Shown: positions 1 through 11,704 of the stretch, piece after piece
Position numbering within the stretch: the stretch's first letter is position 1
Layout: each line of letters begins with the position of its first letter
Assembly (NCBI GenBank): GCA_016748015.1
Contig: JAAOMT010000599.1
Coordinates: 372,001 to 436,000, forward strand
Reading direction: 5' to 3'
From: Geosiphon pyriformis uo1
Lineage: Eukaryota > Fungi > Glomeromycota
DNA: 64,000 nt
Made by a program: the position numbers and the translations under genes
The notes under the pieces: generated by a model
What the model was told of the DNA's origin: nothing
The model's database searches: none
The model's input: the letters and a program-made list of their open reading frames with translations, nothing else

Positions 1-25
1 TTAATTCTTAATATAATGGAATTAA

Positions 26-60
<35 letters not shown>
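26..60. repeat. (AAT)n microsatellite
   Basis: About 11-12 perfect AAT units. Confidence 0.9.
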
Positions 61-61
<1 letters not shown>

Positions 62-1049
62 TCTCAAAATTAAATCAAAAACTATAAAAGTCTTGTCTTT
101 TTCAAAAGCTTTTGACCAAGAATAAAAAGTATTAAATTTCTTTTTAATTCAACGAGATTTTTTTTTATGTAATAAATTTGAATAATATATGTTTATTAAA
201 TTAAAAAAATATATTTTCTAGATTTTCAAAGTTTCTTGATTTTTAATATATATTTATAATTTTAAAAAAAAAATTTGTTATAATAAAAATTTAAAAACTT
301 GTAAAATTAATCTATATCATACATGATTGTTATTAAGTATAATTTTTTTTTGTATTAAAATAAACTTAAAAAATAAAATATTATTTAATTTCTTATAAAT
401 AATTCTAAAATTAACATATTACTAATCACACCAACCCTATACTTAGATTTTTAATTAATAATTTTATTTAAAAACATATTTTTACTGAATAATTTTAATT
501 ACAAAAAATATTTAATTAAAATAATTTAAACTTAAAAATAATTTAATTGTAATTTTAAAATAATATTTTTAATATAAATTAATAAGTTCATTTTAAATTT
601 TTTATTAAATTTTCTTTTAACTTTTATTATAAATTTGTATTTATATATATACTTAAAAATCCTATCTATATATATTTTTAAAATAATATTTTTTAATTAA
701 ATTAATAAATATTAACTTTTTAAAAAAAATATATTTATTATAATTAATTATTTCTTATTTATTTATTTAACGTATAGTTCAATCACTATCTAATACAATT
801 AATTATATATTTATATTTTTTGTTTTATTTGAAATTTTATTTGAAATTATTTAATTTGTGAAATATCATTTAAAATATTTAAATTGTTTAAATTTAAATA
901 AAATTAAATCACAAATTTATGTTTAATATAATTTAATCTTTTATTAATTATTTTTATATAATTTAATTATTATTTATTAAATATAAATTATATTAAAACA
1001 AATATATAATTAATTATATTAAAATTATATTAAATTAAATATTAAAAAT

Positions 1050-2800
1050 AACTTTTTTATATTTTTTTTATTCTTTTTTTATTGCTGTTTAAATAGTTAA
1101 AAAAAATCAAAATAGTTAAAAACTATTTTTTTAACTTTTTATTATATTTAATAATAATCTTTTTAAAATACCAAAAGATTTTTTTTTTGGTGTTTTGGTA
1201 GTTTTAATATTTTAGAATTAGCTTCTCTTCTTATGAAAAATAAAGCTTTGATTTTTTGTTTTTTTTTGTTTTTTTGATTAATTTTGTATTATTAATACTA
1301 ATTATAATATTTAATTTTATTATAATTATAAATAAAAAAAATTTTCTGTTCTAAATAATAATAATAATAATTTTAGTTTAAATTAATTTTTGGTTGTGTT
1401 TCTTAATATATTAATTTTTGGTTGATTTTTATTAGTTTTAAAAACAAAACAAAACATATTTTTATATGTGTTTTTTTCTAATTAAATTATTAGATTACTT
1501 AATTATAAAAATAAAATTAATTAAATAAAAGCATAATTAATCTTTTTCTTTTTGTTATCTAATATTGTTTTTAATAATAATTAAAAAATAATTACTAATT
1601 ATTAAAAATTTATTAAATAAATAATTTTTATTTTAATATTTAGTGCTTTTTTTAAAATTAAATTGGTTTTTGTTAAGATTGTATTTTAGTTTATATATGG
1701 TTTTATTAATATTAAATTTGTATTTAAAAATAATATAAAGCTTTTTGGTATAAAATTTGTTTTTTAAGTTTTTTAAATATTGTATTTTAAGCTAAACTTA
1801 CTGATTTTGTTTCTTTTATTACTCTTAAAATTGTTAAATTTTTGAGTTTTTCTTCTATTGTTGTTATTATTTTATATAATATACTTTTAATATATATTTG
1901 TAATATTAAAATAGTTTTTGGTATTTTTAAAAAAGTTTTTAAAATTATATTAAAGTTTATTAATATTTAATAATATGTTATTATTTATTTTAAGTTCTTT
2001 AATATAATTATATCTGTTTTAATATATTAGTTGGTTTTAATAAATAAAAACAATATTAAGATTTTTTTTTGTAAATTAAAAAAAACTATTTTTTTTTTTT
2101 TTATATTTAAGACCAAATTAATTAATCTTTTTTTTGGTTATACAGTTTTTAAAATAAACAAACTGGTTTTATAAATTAATAATTAGACTTGTTTTATTGT
2201 CTGTTTTTTAATAATTATAATATATTATGATTATTTTTGATTTAAAAACAAATTTAAATATTGTTATTATTAAAATTAATATATTAAAAAAATATTATAT
2301 TTAATAAAAAACTTTTAAATATTAGTACTGCTTTAAATAATTATTTAATTTTAGATTATGTTTTTTTTTAAGTTTTTAAATTTTATTATGTTAATATTTA
2401 ATTTTATATTAAAATCTTTGTTTTTATTCTGTTGGTTTTTTTTGTTTCTGGTTTTTTAACTGTTATTATTACTGTTAACTTATAATTGGTTTTTAATTAA
2501 CTTTTTTAGAATTTAATTTAGCTGTATTAATTTTATTAGTTAAATTTATTGTAAAGTTTATTGGTGTTTTTATTGTTTTAATTACTAAATTACTTAATAT
2601 TTTTTTTGCTTTATATATTTAATTAGAAAAAAAGTGTTTCATAATTAAAAAAAATTATTATAATTTTTGATAATAAGTTATATAAAATAAATTTAAAGAT
2701 TAATAAGCTTTATATTAGGTATAATACTAATAATAATAATATTATTATTAATTATAATATATTTAATTTTACAATAACTTTTTAAAACTATTAATTTTTT
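1050..2800 (+). pseudogene. Extremely decayed LINE ORF1 relic (C>T/G>A hypermutated); boundaries approximate
   Basis: Around 2025-2200 it translates as Y*LVLINKNNIK...KTKLINLFFGYT...NN*TCFI, colinear with ORF1 KWSILIEKDAVR...KALLYILPMDT...GGKTCVI at 4094-4270. The tract is almost devoid of C/G. Confidence 0.5.
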
Positions 2801-3253
2801 TTGATTAAATTAATTACTAAAATTATTATTAAGTAAATAAATAGTATAATTAAAAATAATAATATTTTAATTATATATATAAGCAAAATATCTGTTTAAA
2901 ATAAGTTTTTTTTATTAGTTTTAATATAATTTAATCTTAATTAAATTTAAATTATATATAAAATATATTTAATAATATTTAATTTAAAATATATAATAAT
3001 TTATATTATATTAAATATTAATTAGTATGTTTAAAAAAAATTTATAAAAAATTTGTAAATTTATTATATTATAAAATAATATTACTTAAATAAAAAAATA
3101 AAAAAAATACAAAAAAACTTCTTTTTTTTATTCATTTCAAATTTCCAAAAAAAGTCAAAAAGTTTTTGAAAGAAGTTTTTTTTCAACATTCAATACAATA
3201 AATTCAAATTATTTTTCGATTTTGAGGCCACTATTGGCCTTAGTATTGCTGTT

Positions 3254-6034
3254 ATGAAAAAAGCTACAACAAATTCTGGCTCAGATGGAGGTTTCAAGTC
3301 TGTTTTGTCAAGGAAAAAGAGAAAAAATGTTGCTTTAGAAGAGAGTGTTAGTGAGAAAAAAGTTCCAACTAAAATAACAGGTGGTTGTTCATGGAATTCT
3401 GAGACTGGCAACACCACTGAGTCTGAAAGCATTGATATAGAGGAAGAATGTCTAGTAGAGGAAACTAGCTTTGACTATGGTGAAAGCGGAACTATTGCTA
3501 ATGGAGATCTTGATCAGATGTCTAAAGGACCAGGTGTTAAAACTAAAAAAGCATTGGGCAAGCCATTGGGAAGAATAGATTTCTCAGATCATAATGATGT
3601 TAATGATGATGTCCTCTTGGATATTTCCTTGGAACTGCCCCCTTCTTTAAAAAACTTGGTTGCTGTTTCTGTTAGGAAATCTTTTGCTTTGGATATCAGC
3701 TTAGATAAAGTGGTTGGGAAATCCTTTCAAGAGAAGCTAATAGTGGTTAGAAATTTGTTCTCAAGAGTTAATGGTTTTGGGGAGGCCTCTACCTCTTCAA
3801 AATTTTCAGAGATCATCTGTGCTTCCTTTATTTCTGAATCTAGTCTGGCACAGGCTACTAAAAAGGCAAGAGCAGCAAATATTTTAGTGAACACTGATCT
3901 CAAAAAATCATCTAGTCATTTAGATCGGGCTGTGATGGTTAAAGAAATTCTAGTTGGAACATCAGCTGAGGCTGTGCACACTGTGCTTACTGAATTTGGT
4001 TCTGTTGTGTTGATCAAAATCCAACTGGTAAGGCTATGGCAAAAGACTGTGGTTGAATTTGCCCAATCAGATTAAGCTGATTTGGTCACAACTAAATGGT
4101 CCATCTTAATTGAGAAAGATGCTGTGAGAGTGGCCAAGGCTAATGCAGACAAGAAATCATGGAATACAAAGGATCAGCATAAGGCCTTGCTCTATATATT
4201 GCCAATGGACACTAATGTTTATGATATCTGGGACTTTATTGGCTCTGTGGGTGGAAAAACTTGTGTCATCAATTAACATCCTGTTACATATATCCAGGCG
4301 AGGTGTGCTGTTGTTTGTTTTGACTTTGCTGCTTTGATTAATGCTGTTATGGAAACTACACCTGTCTTAAAAAGTGCCAATTTGCATTGGTCTTACATGA
4401 ATTTTGCTAAGTGTACTAAGTGTGAGAATTTGGGTCATACTTCTCTGAATTGTTTTGTGGGTGAGAAAGTTTTTCCTGGTGGCACAACTCACAGGATGTT
4501 GTCAAATGATGATAAAAGCAGACTGGCTTCCATTTATGCTAGATGTTTTGCTTCAATCTCCCATCCAGTTTCTTTTGGTAGTGTCTCTTGGGCCAATATT
4601 GTTGATAGGTCTTCATTCCTTTCTCTCCTTATATGCTATGGCTTAGCTGCTTCTAGTTCCTTTTCAGTGTTACCGGAGGTTTTTGGTCTCTTTTTAGCTT
4701 TTGTATGTTTGTTGTAATGCTGCTAATTCACGTTTATAGAAAGTGTTTGAACCTCCAATAACTGAATTTTTATTTCTTCAAATCATCTCCTATAATTCAA
4801 ACTGCTGGGCTTATAGTGGAATGGCCAATTCCGTGCCAGTTACTTTATGTAGTTATGTTGTAATAAACGTCAACTCTTTTCCAGGAATTGCTTATCTGGG
4901 AGCTCACTAAAAAAATGTGTAGTTACTTTGCTGTAAAAGTCAACTCTTCTACAGAAATCTCGTCTGTAGACTACCCTAATGATTGTAATAAGAAAATACA
5001 AAAAAATAAAAGAATTATAAAAAAAATAAAATTCTGTCAAGGGAAACGTTTTCTATTCAGGCCTGGAATTACTAACAGTTTACTAAAATTGGTAGCTAAT
5101 CAATTTCAAAATGTTAGTTGGGTTTTGAGAATTTTTCAAGTGCAATAATTAAAAAATTTGGTTTTTTAAATTATTTAATATTTATTTCTTTTTGTGTGTA
5201 TAGGAATGGTTCTAAGTGATAAATCTAAAGTAAGATACATTTTCTCGAAGAGAAAAAATCTTCTTTTATACAACTTGTCATAATACTATTCTATGAACTT
5301 GAACTTTGCTCTTTTCTACAATTTTGCTGAACTAAAAATACATTTCGGCAAACTACAAGTTATTTCTACAAACTATTAGATATTTCGGTGAACTATTAAT
5401 TATTTTGACAAATTTCTACAAATTTTGGCAAACTTTTGAATGTTACATAGTTCAGAGTATTACATGATTGATCATCACAATTATGTTATATTTGTGTTAT
5501 GTACAAATTGGGTTATTAATTAAATGATAATTTCGGATATTTTGCTAAATGTAATAAGTAATAATTGAAATGATAATATATGCTAATTAATGATAGGAAT
5601 TATAAGAGTAATTTCATGTTAAATAATATCTCTAATTTTGTTTGGTAACATCAGAGATGAAACCTATTCCAATGATGTCTATGAAATTGAATGATAGATT
5701 TGCCACTCTTGAGCATAGTTTTGCCAGCCTCGCAGAACACATTGACAAGTTGGCTAAGAGGTTGGACTCATTTGAGCCAACAGTTTTCCAGTCTAGTCTT
5801 GGATGTTAGCTGTTGGTGATCCCTTTATTACAGAATCAGGGGGTGGATATAATAATGAGTAAGGGTTCAGGTGTGGCCACTAGTGATGAAACTATTGTAG
5901 AAGTGGCAGTTTTTGATTCTTTGGTTGTCTCTAAGATGGAAGAAACTCTGAAAAATCTTTCAGTTACAGTTATGGGCCTCTCAGCCAAAATTGACAATGC
6001 TGGTTTAGTTCCTATCACTCTCTTTTCTTAATGA
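3254..6034 (+). pseudogene. LINE L-1 ORF1 (RRM-like region, CCHC knuckle, coiled coil); premature stops; split by solo LTR 4668-5650
   Basis: ORFs 3254-4075, 4082-4276, 4334-4667 and 5655-6031. Knuckle CTKCENLGHTSLNC. Homologous to 44997-45818 plus 34086-34589. Confidence 0.88.
4668..5650 (-). mobile_element. Solo LTR, Gypsy family A (beta subtype), with perfect 4-bp TSD TCAG
   Basis: TGTTACC...GGTAACA termini; TCAG at 4664-4667 and 5651-5654; homologous to the LTRs at 7478, 10088 and 18971. Confidence 0.96.
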
Positions 6035-7477
6035 TAGAGCTAGTATGGAAGTTTGCTGCATGTAATATTTGGGGTCTCAATGTCCCTGCTAAGCAAAAAA
6101 ATGTTATTTGATGGCACAAGGAGTCTAAAAATATAGTATCTATAGTTATGGAAACAAAATTGAGATCTAATGTTAGATTATGGATTATAACAGATTTGAA
6201 GGAGTGTGCATTTTCACATTTAGGCTAATTGATGGATATCTTGGGGCTGGGGTTGTAATAGTTATGAACAATTCTCTGGTTCGACATGTTTTCAAAGTAG
6301 AGAAGGTCCCTGGTTGCATTATTTTAATGCATCTTCTTTTCAAAAGCAAGGTTTTGGTCTCAATTATTGGTTTGTATGCTTGTGCCTTTCCTGGTGACCA
6401 GTTTGAACAGGCACCCAGAATAAATTTTTTTATAGCTCAGGTGGTCAATTCTAGTAACTTCATTGTTTTGGGGGTAATTTTAATAAGGGCAAGTCAATGA
6501 AAAATACAAGTTTCGGGTTCTGTTTGAATATAGGTTTGGTTAATTCTTTTGGTGGGCATTCTTTGGCTGGAGCTTCTATGTGGGACAACTCAAGAGACAT
6601 TGAAAAAGTCATTGATCATGTCTTTGTTAGTGAGAGCCTAATTTTGGCTGTGGCTGGCCATAGAATAGAATCTGTGACTGAGTTCTTTGACACTGATTAT
6701 AGAGCCATTTTAGTCTCAGTTGGCTTGAGTGGTCTTTTGGATATGCATTTGGCTGGCATACATAGGCATGCTAATATGAATCACTGAAAATTCAAGCTGA
6801 AAAATGTGGATACCGATGACTAGGGGCGTTTTATAAAGTGCTTTTCAGACAAGTTTTTGAAGAAATTGGCTGTGTTTCATAATACAGAATGTGATAGTAA
6901 TTTGGATGATATATGAGATGTTCTCAAAAAAATAATAATTGATTTTGCTGATGCGATTTTCTCTAGAATTTGATATTGTGAATTTGATAGTATAAGAAAC
7001 AAGACTTCCTCAAAATTTCATGAGTTAGAATTACTAATGTCTAAAATTGTCAATAGTATGAAAACAGGCCTAAGCTTAGAGATTAACTGTTTAGTTGACA
7101 CTTAGGTGGGCTTGGACAATGATGGGGCATCCAAGATTTGAGCTATGATTAATGAAGGTGCTAGGATTGTGGATATTGTACATCACATTTCAGTTGTCAA
7201 GAAAGGATATTATAGGTCCAAATATCATGAATCAAAGGTTGCCAGAGATGAGTTCATCAGAGCAGCTGTGGCAAAACATATGGAAAATTTTTACTTGGAT
7301 AAGGAAAAAATAATAAAAAGCATTCTGGATTGGCCCTTCAAGAAAATGGTTCTCAATTATTTGGTTGTTGATGAAAAGCTTATCTTAGAGCCTCAGGCTG
7401 TCAAGTTTTTAGTTGATACTATAATGGAAGGTTGGACGAAAAAGCATTTGGTCTCTGGTGTCCTCCCAGCTTGGTAG

Positions 7478-8457
7478 TGTTACTGGAGGTTTTTGGTCTC
7501 TTCTTAGCTCTTGTATGTTTGTTGTAATGCTGTTAATTCATGACTATGGAAAGTGTTTGAACTTCCGATAACTGAATTTATTCTTTCAAATTATCTCTTA
7601 TAATTTGAATTGCTGGGCTTATAGTAGAATAGCCAATTCCATGCCAGTTACTTGTATAGTTATGTTGTAGTAAACATCAATTTTTTTTCAAAAAATGCTC
7701 GTCTGGAAGCTCACTAAATTGGTGTAGTTACTTTGCTGTGAAAGTCAACTCTTCTACAGAAATCTCATCTGTAGGCTACCTTTAATGATTATGATAAAAA
7801 AAAGAAAAAAAAAGAAGGAAAATGTAAAAAAAAATGAAAGATAATTTATGAAAGTCATTTCGGATCCAGGTCTGGAAGTGTTTTAACAGTTTACTGAAAT
7901 TGGTAGCTAGTTAATTTCAAACTGTTAGTAAGAATTGGTTAATTTTAAGAGAAAGAATTAGGAATTTGGTTTTTCAAATTATCTGATATTTATTTCTTTT
8001 TGTGTATATAGGAACAGTTCTAAGAGATAATCTAAAGTAAGATACATTTTTTTGAAGAGAGAAGCTCTTCTTTTATACAACTTGTTGTAACACTATTCTA
8101 TGAACTTGAACTTTGCTCTTTTCTACAATTTTACTGAACTAAAGATACATTTCGGCAAACTACAAGTTATTTCTGTGAACTATTAAATATTTTGGGGAAC
8201 TATCAATTATTTCAGCAAATTTCTACAAATTTTGACAAACTTTTGAATATTACATATTTCAGGGTATTGTATAATTGATCATCGCAATTAAGTTACATTT
8301 GTGTTATGTACAAATTGGATTATTAATTAAATGATAATTTCAGATATTTTGCTAAATATAATAAGTGATAATTGAAATGATAATATATGCTAATTAATGA
8401 TAGAAATTATAAGAGTAATTTCATGCTAAATAATATCTCTAATTTTGTCTGGTAACA
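7478..8457 (-). repeat. 3' LTR of Gypsy A (alpha subtype)
   Basis: TGTTACT...GGTAACA; preceded on the minus strand by PPT GAAGAGGAGG. Confidence 0.95.
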
Positions 8458-9103
8458 TAACCTCCTCTTCAAGACTGAGCTCCATTGAAGTCCAAGTACT
8501 GTCTGTAATTTCCAGATAGTAGTCCAAGATTATTGAAGAAATTTGGTCTGAAAATTGTTGAAATTTCAGTTCTGTGAGCTTTCCAATATATTGGATCTTC
8601 AGGGGTTGTAAAATTGGGTTTTGTAGGACGTTTTCACAGGTGTGAAATAGGTCATAAAGTCTAAGGGCAGCTCTGAGCTTGTAGTGACTATTTGTTGGTC
8701 TAACTGTTGTCTTAAATTCGTTGTGGAGTTGTTTCTGAATAGCTTTTTTTGTGAGGTTTGCTGTTGTAAGTTCCAGTTTTTGTTCATAGAGTGTTTTTCC
8801 AATGTGAAAATATCTATAAATTGGAGGGTATTCAGTGCTTTTCTCATTGAAACACAGTTGAAGTCTTTGTTGAATTGTAGCATTTGGTGGAATACTAATT
8901 GAAGTGAGCATTAAGTTTTCTCTTAAAGCAAGCTTTAAAAGTTTTGGCAGGTGAATTCCAGAATAACTTCTTATGTTCTTCTTATAAGGGTGATATTTTC
9001 GTGAATTTGGGGCTAAATTTGTAACTACTTCTGTTTGGGTATAATTAATGTAGTTTTTAGTAACAGTAATAGATAATTTGGGTATTGTTTTTAAAGCTAA
9101 CAT
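8426..9103 (-). CDS. Gypsy A ORF3, 225 aa, unknown function, sense orientation between integrase and 3' LTR
   Basis: Uninterrupted ORF running through the PPT into the LTR. Homologous to 11027-11704 and to the degenerate ORF at 43299-43928 in family C. Confidence 0.75.
   Translation of the reverse strand: MLALKTIPKLSITVTKNYINYTQTEVVTNLAPNSRKYHPYKKNIRSYSGIHLPKLLKLALRENLMLTSISIPPNATIQQRLQLCFNEKSTEYPPIYRYFHIGKTLYEQKLELTTANLTKKAIQKQLHNEFKTTVRPTNSHYKLRAALRLYDLFHTCENVLQNPILQPLKIQYIGKLTELKFQQFSDQISSIILDYYLEITDSTWTSMELSLEEEVMLPDKIRDII
8461..8470 (-). other. Polypurine tract (GAAGAGGAGG)
   Basis: Lies 3 nt upstream of the LTR on the minus strand. A second copy is at 11062-11071. Confidence 0.85.
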
Positions 9104-9307
9104 TAGTTTTTGAGATAATTGTTGAATGTTTTAAGGGATAGTTATTATAAGGGAATTGAATTAAAAGAAAAATAAATTGAAATTATTTTTGGTGTGTGGG
9201 TTTTTATGTTTATTTTTGATTTTGTTTTCAGTGTTTTTGTTATGTTTTTGTGGAATTGTTTCTAAATTATAAGGGAATAACTATAGTAATATATATTATT
9301 TAGGTGT

Positions 9308-10087
9308 TCAAGTTGGAAGATTGTTAATGACAACTATTGGTTCTAAATTTTGGGGAATATCTTCAGGATTAATTAAAGGGGAATGTGTACCAATTTGTGA
9401 AATTAATGATTCAGGATTGTTTCTGGAATGATAGTGTTTCAAATGATCTCCATGTACAACTTTTGCTAGGATTTTGTCATCAAATCTTAACTTGTATGAT
9501 CTATTGCCTAGAATTTCATGGATAAAGAATGGTCCATCTCATTTATTTTCAAATTTTCCACTCTATTGTTTTTCAGCCTTAGTTCTATGTAAGAAAACTT
9601 TGTTTCTAACTTTAAATTTGTTGATGACTGGTGGCAATTTGTTGTCATGCCATTCTTTTTGTTGAGCTTGGGAGTATTCAATGTGAATTGCTGCTATTTG
9701 TCGTTTTTCTTCCAATGTGCTAAGCAGAGTATAAGCTCTTTGCTGTAGTGTTTCCTAAAAGTTGTCTTCATTAATTGGTTGTACTGGGTATGTTTCCACT
9801 GTGAAATTAATTAGTAATGTTGCTGTTTTTCCGTAGGTTAAATCAAATGGTGTGTGTTTTGTGGTATCTTGTTTTAGTGTTCTATATGCTAGTAACACTA
9901 ATGGAATAAAGATATCCCATTCTTGCTCAAAATTGGTTGAAACTTTGGCTAATGATTCACACAATGTTCTGTTGAAACATTCTACAAGTCCATTTGTTTG
10001 TGGATAGTAGGGCGAAGATAATGGTCTTTTGACATTGAATTGTTCACAAAATGTGTTCCTTGATCAAATAAAAGTTCAATTGGGCAT
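9308..10087 (-). pseudogene. Truncated integrase C-terminal half (first copy), cut off by the middle LTR
   Basis: Duplicates 11879-12692; GPF motif (WDGPF); ends LEPIVVINNLPT*. Confidence 0.9.
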
Positions 10088-11058
10088 TGTTACCAGAGGT
10101 TTTTGGTCTCTTTGTATGTTTGTTGTAATACTGTTAATTCATGACTATGGAAAGTGTTTAAACCTCCAATAACTGAATTTATTTTTTTGAATTATCTTCT
10201 ATAATTCGAATTGCTGGGCTTATAATGGAATGGCCAATTTCTTGCCAGTTACTTTATGTAGTTACATTGTAGTAAATGTCAACTCTTTCCCAGGAATTGC
10301 TCGTCTGGAAGCTCACTAAAAATGTGTAATTACTTTGCTGTAAAAGTCAACTCTTCTACAGAAATTTTGTCTGTAGGCTACCCTAATGATTATAATAAGA
10401 AAATAAAAGAAATGTAAAAGAAATGTAAAAGAAATTAAATTCTGTCAAGAGAAACATTTTCTATCCAGGCCTGGAGTCACTAACAGTTTACTGAAATTGG
10501 TAGTTAATCAATTTCAAGACATTAGTTGGGTTTTGGAGATTTTCCAAGTGCAATAATTAAAGAATTTGGTTTTTCAAATTATTTGGTATTTATTTCTTTT
10601 TGTGTGTGTAGAAATAGTTCTAAGTAATAAATCTAAAGTAAGATACATTTTCTTGAAGAGAGAAGCTTTTCTTTTATACAACTTGTCATAACACTATTCT
10701 ATGAACTTGAACTTTGCTCTTTTCTATAATTTTACTGAACTAAAGATACATTTTGGTGAACTACAAGTTATTTCTGCAAACTATTAGATATTTCGGTGAA
10801 CTATCAATTATTTCGGTGAATTTCTACAAATTTTGGCGAACTTTTGAATGTTACATATTTCGGAGTATTGCATGATTGATCATCGCAATTAGATTACATT
10901 TGTGTTCTGTACAAATTGGGTTATTAATTAAATGATAATTTTGGACATTTTGCTAATGTAATAAGTAATAATTTGAAATAATAATATATGCTAATTAATG
11001 ATAGGAATTATAAAAATAATTTCATGCTAAATAATATCTCTAATTTTGTCTGATAACA
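10088..11058 (-). repeat. Internal (middle) LTR, family A beta subtype; 3' LTR of a nested copy
   Basis: TGTTACC...GATAACA; adjacent PPT at 11062-11071; diagnostic segment (ttctgtcaagagaaac) shared with solo LTR 4668 but not with 7478 or 18971. Confidence 0.93.
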
Positions 11059-11704
11059 TAACCTCTTCCTCAAGACTGAGCTCCATTGAAGTCCAAGTAC
11101 TGTCTGTAATTTCCAGATAATAGTTCAAGATTATTGAAGAAATTTGGTCTGAAAATTGTTGAAATTTCAGTTTTGTGAGCTTTCCAATGTATTGAATCTT
11201 CAAGGGTTGTAGAATTGGGTTTTGTAGGACGTTTTCACAGGTGTGAAATAGGTCATAAAGTCTAAGGGCAGCTCTGAACTTGTAGTAACTATTTGTTGGT
11301 CTAGCTGTTGTCTTGAATTCGTTGTGGAGTTGTTTCTGAATAGCTTTTTTTATAAGGTTTGCTGTTATAAGTTCCAGTTTTCGTTCATAGAGTGTTTTTC
11401 CAATGTGGAAATATCTATAAATTGGAGGGTATACAATGCTTTTCTTATTAAAACACAGTTGAAGTCTTTGTTAAATTGTAACATTTGGTGGGATACTAAT
11501 CGGAGTGAGCATTAAGTTTTCTCTTAAAGCAAGCTTTAAAAGTTCTGGCAAATGAACTTCAGAATAACTTCTTGTGTTTTTCTTATAAGGGTAATATTTT
11601 CATGAATTTGGGGCTAAATTTGTAATTACTTCTGTTTGGGTATAATTAATGTGGTTTCTAGTAACAGTAATAGATAATTTGGATATTGTTTTTAAAGCTA
11701 ACAT
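11027..11704 (-). pseudogene. Gypsy A ORF3, second copy with CGA>TGA and CAA>TAA stops
   Basis: Same 678-nt length as 8426-9103 and colinear with it. Confidence 0.85.

Noticed and set aside
3090-3125. TSDs of the full-length LINEs
   Set aside because: Both ends lie in A-rich low-complexity sequence, so no duplication can be defined unambiguously.
8426-9103. ORF3 as a retroviral env gene
   Set aside because: Only 225 aa, with no signal peptide, transmembrane segment or fusion-peptide-like region.
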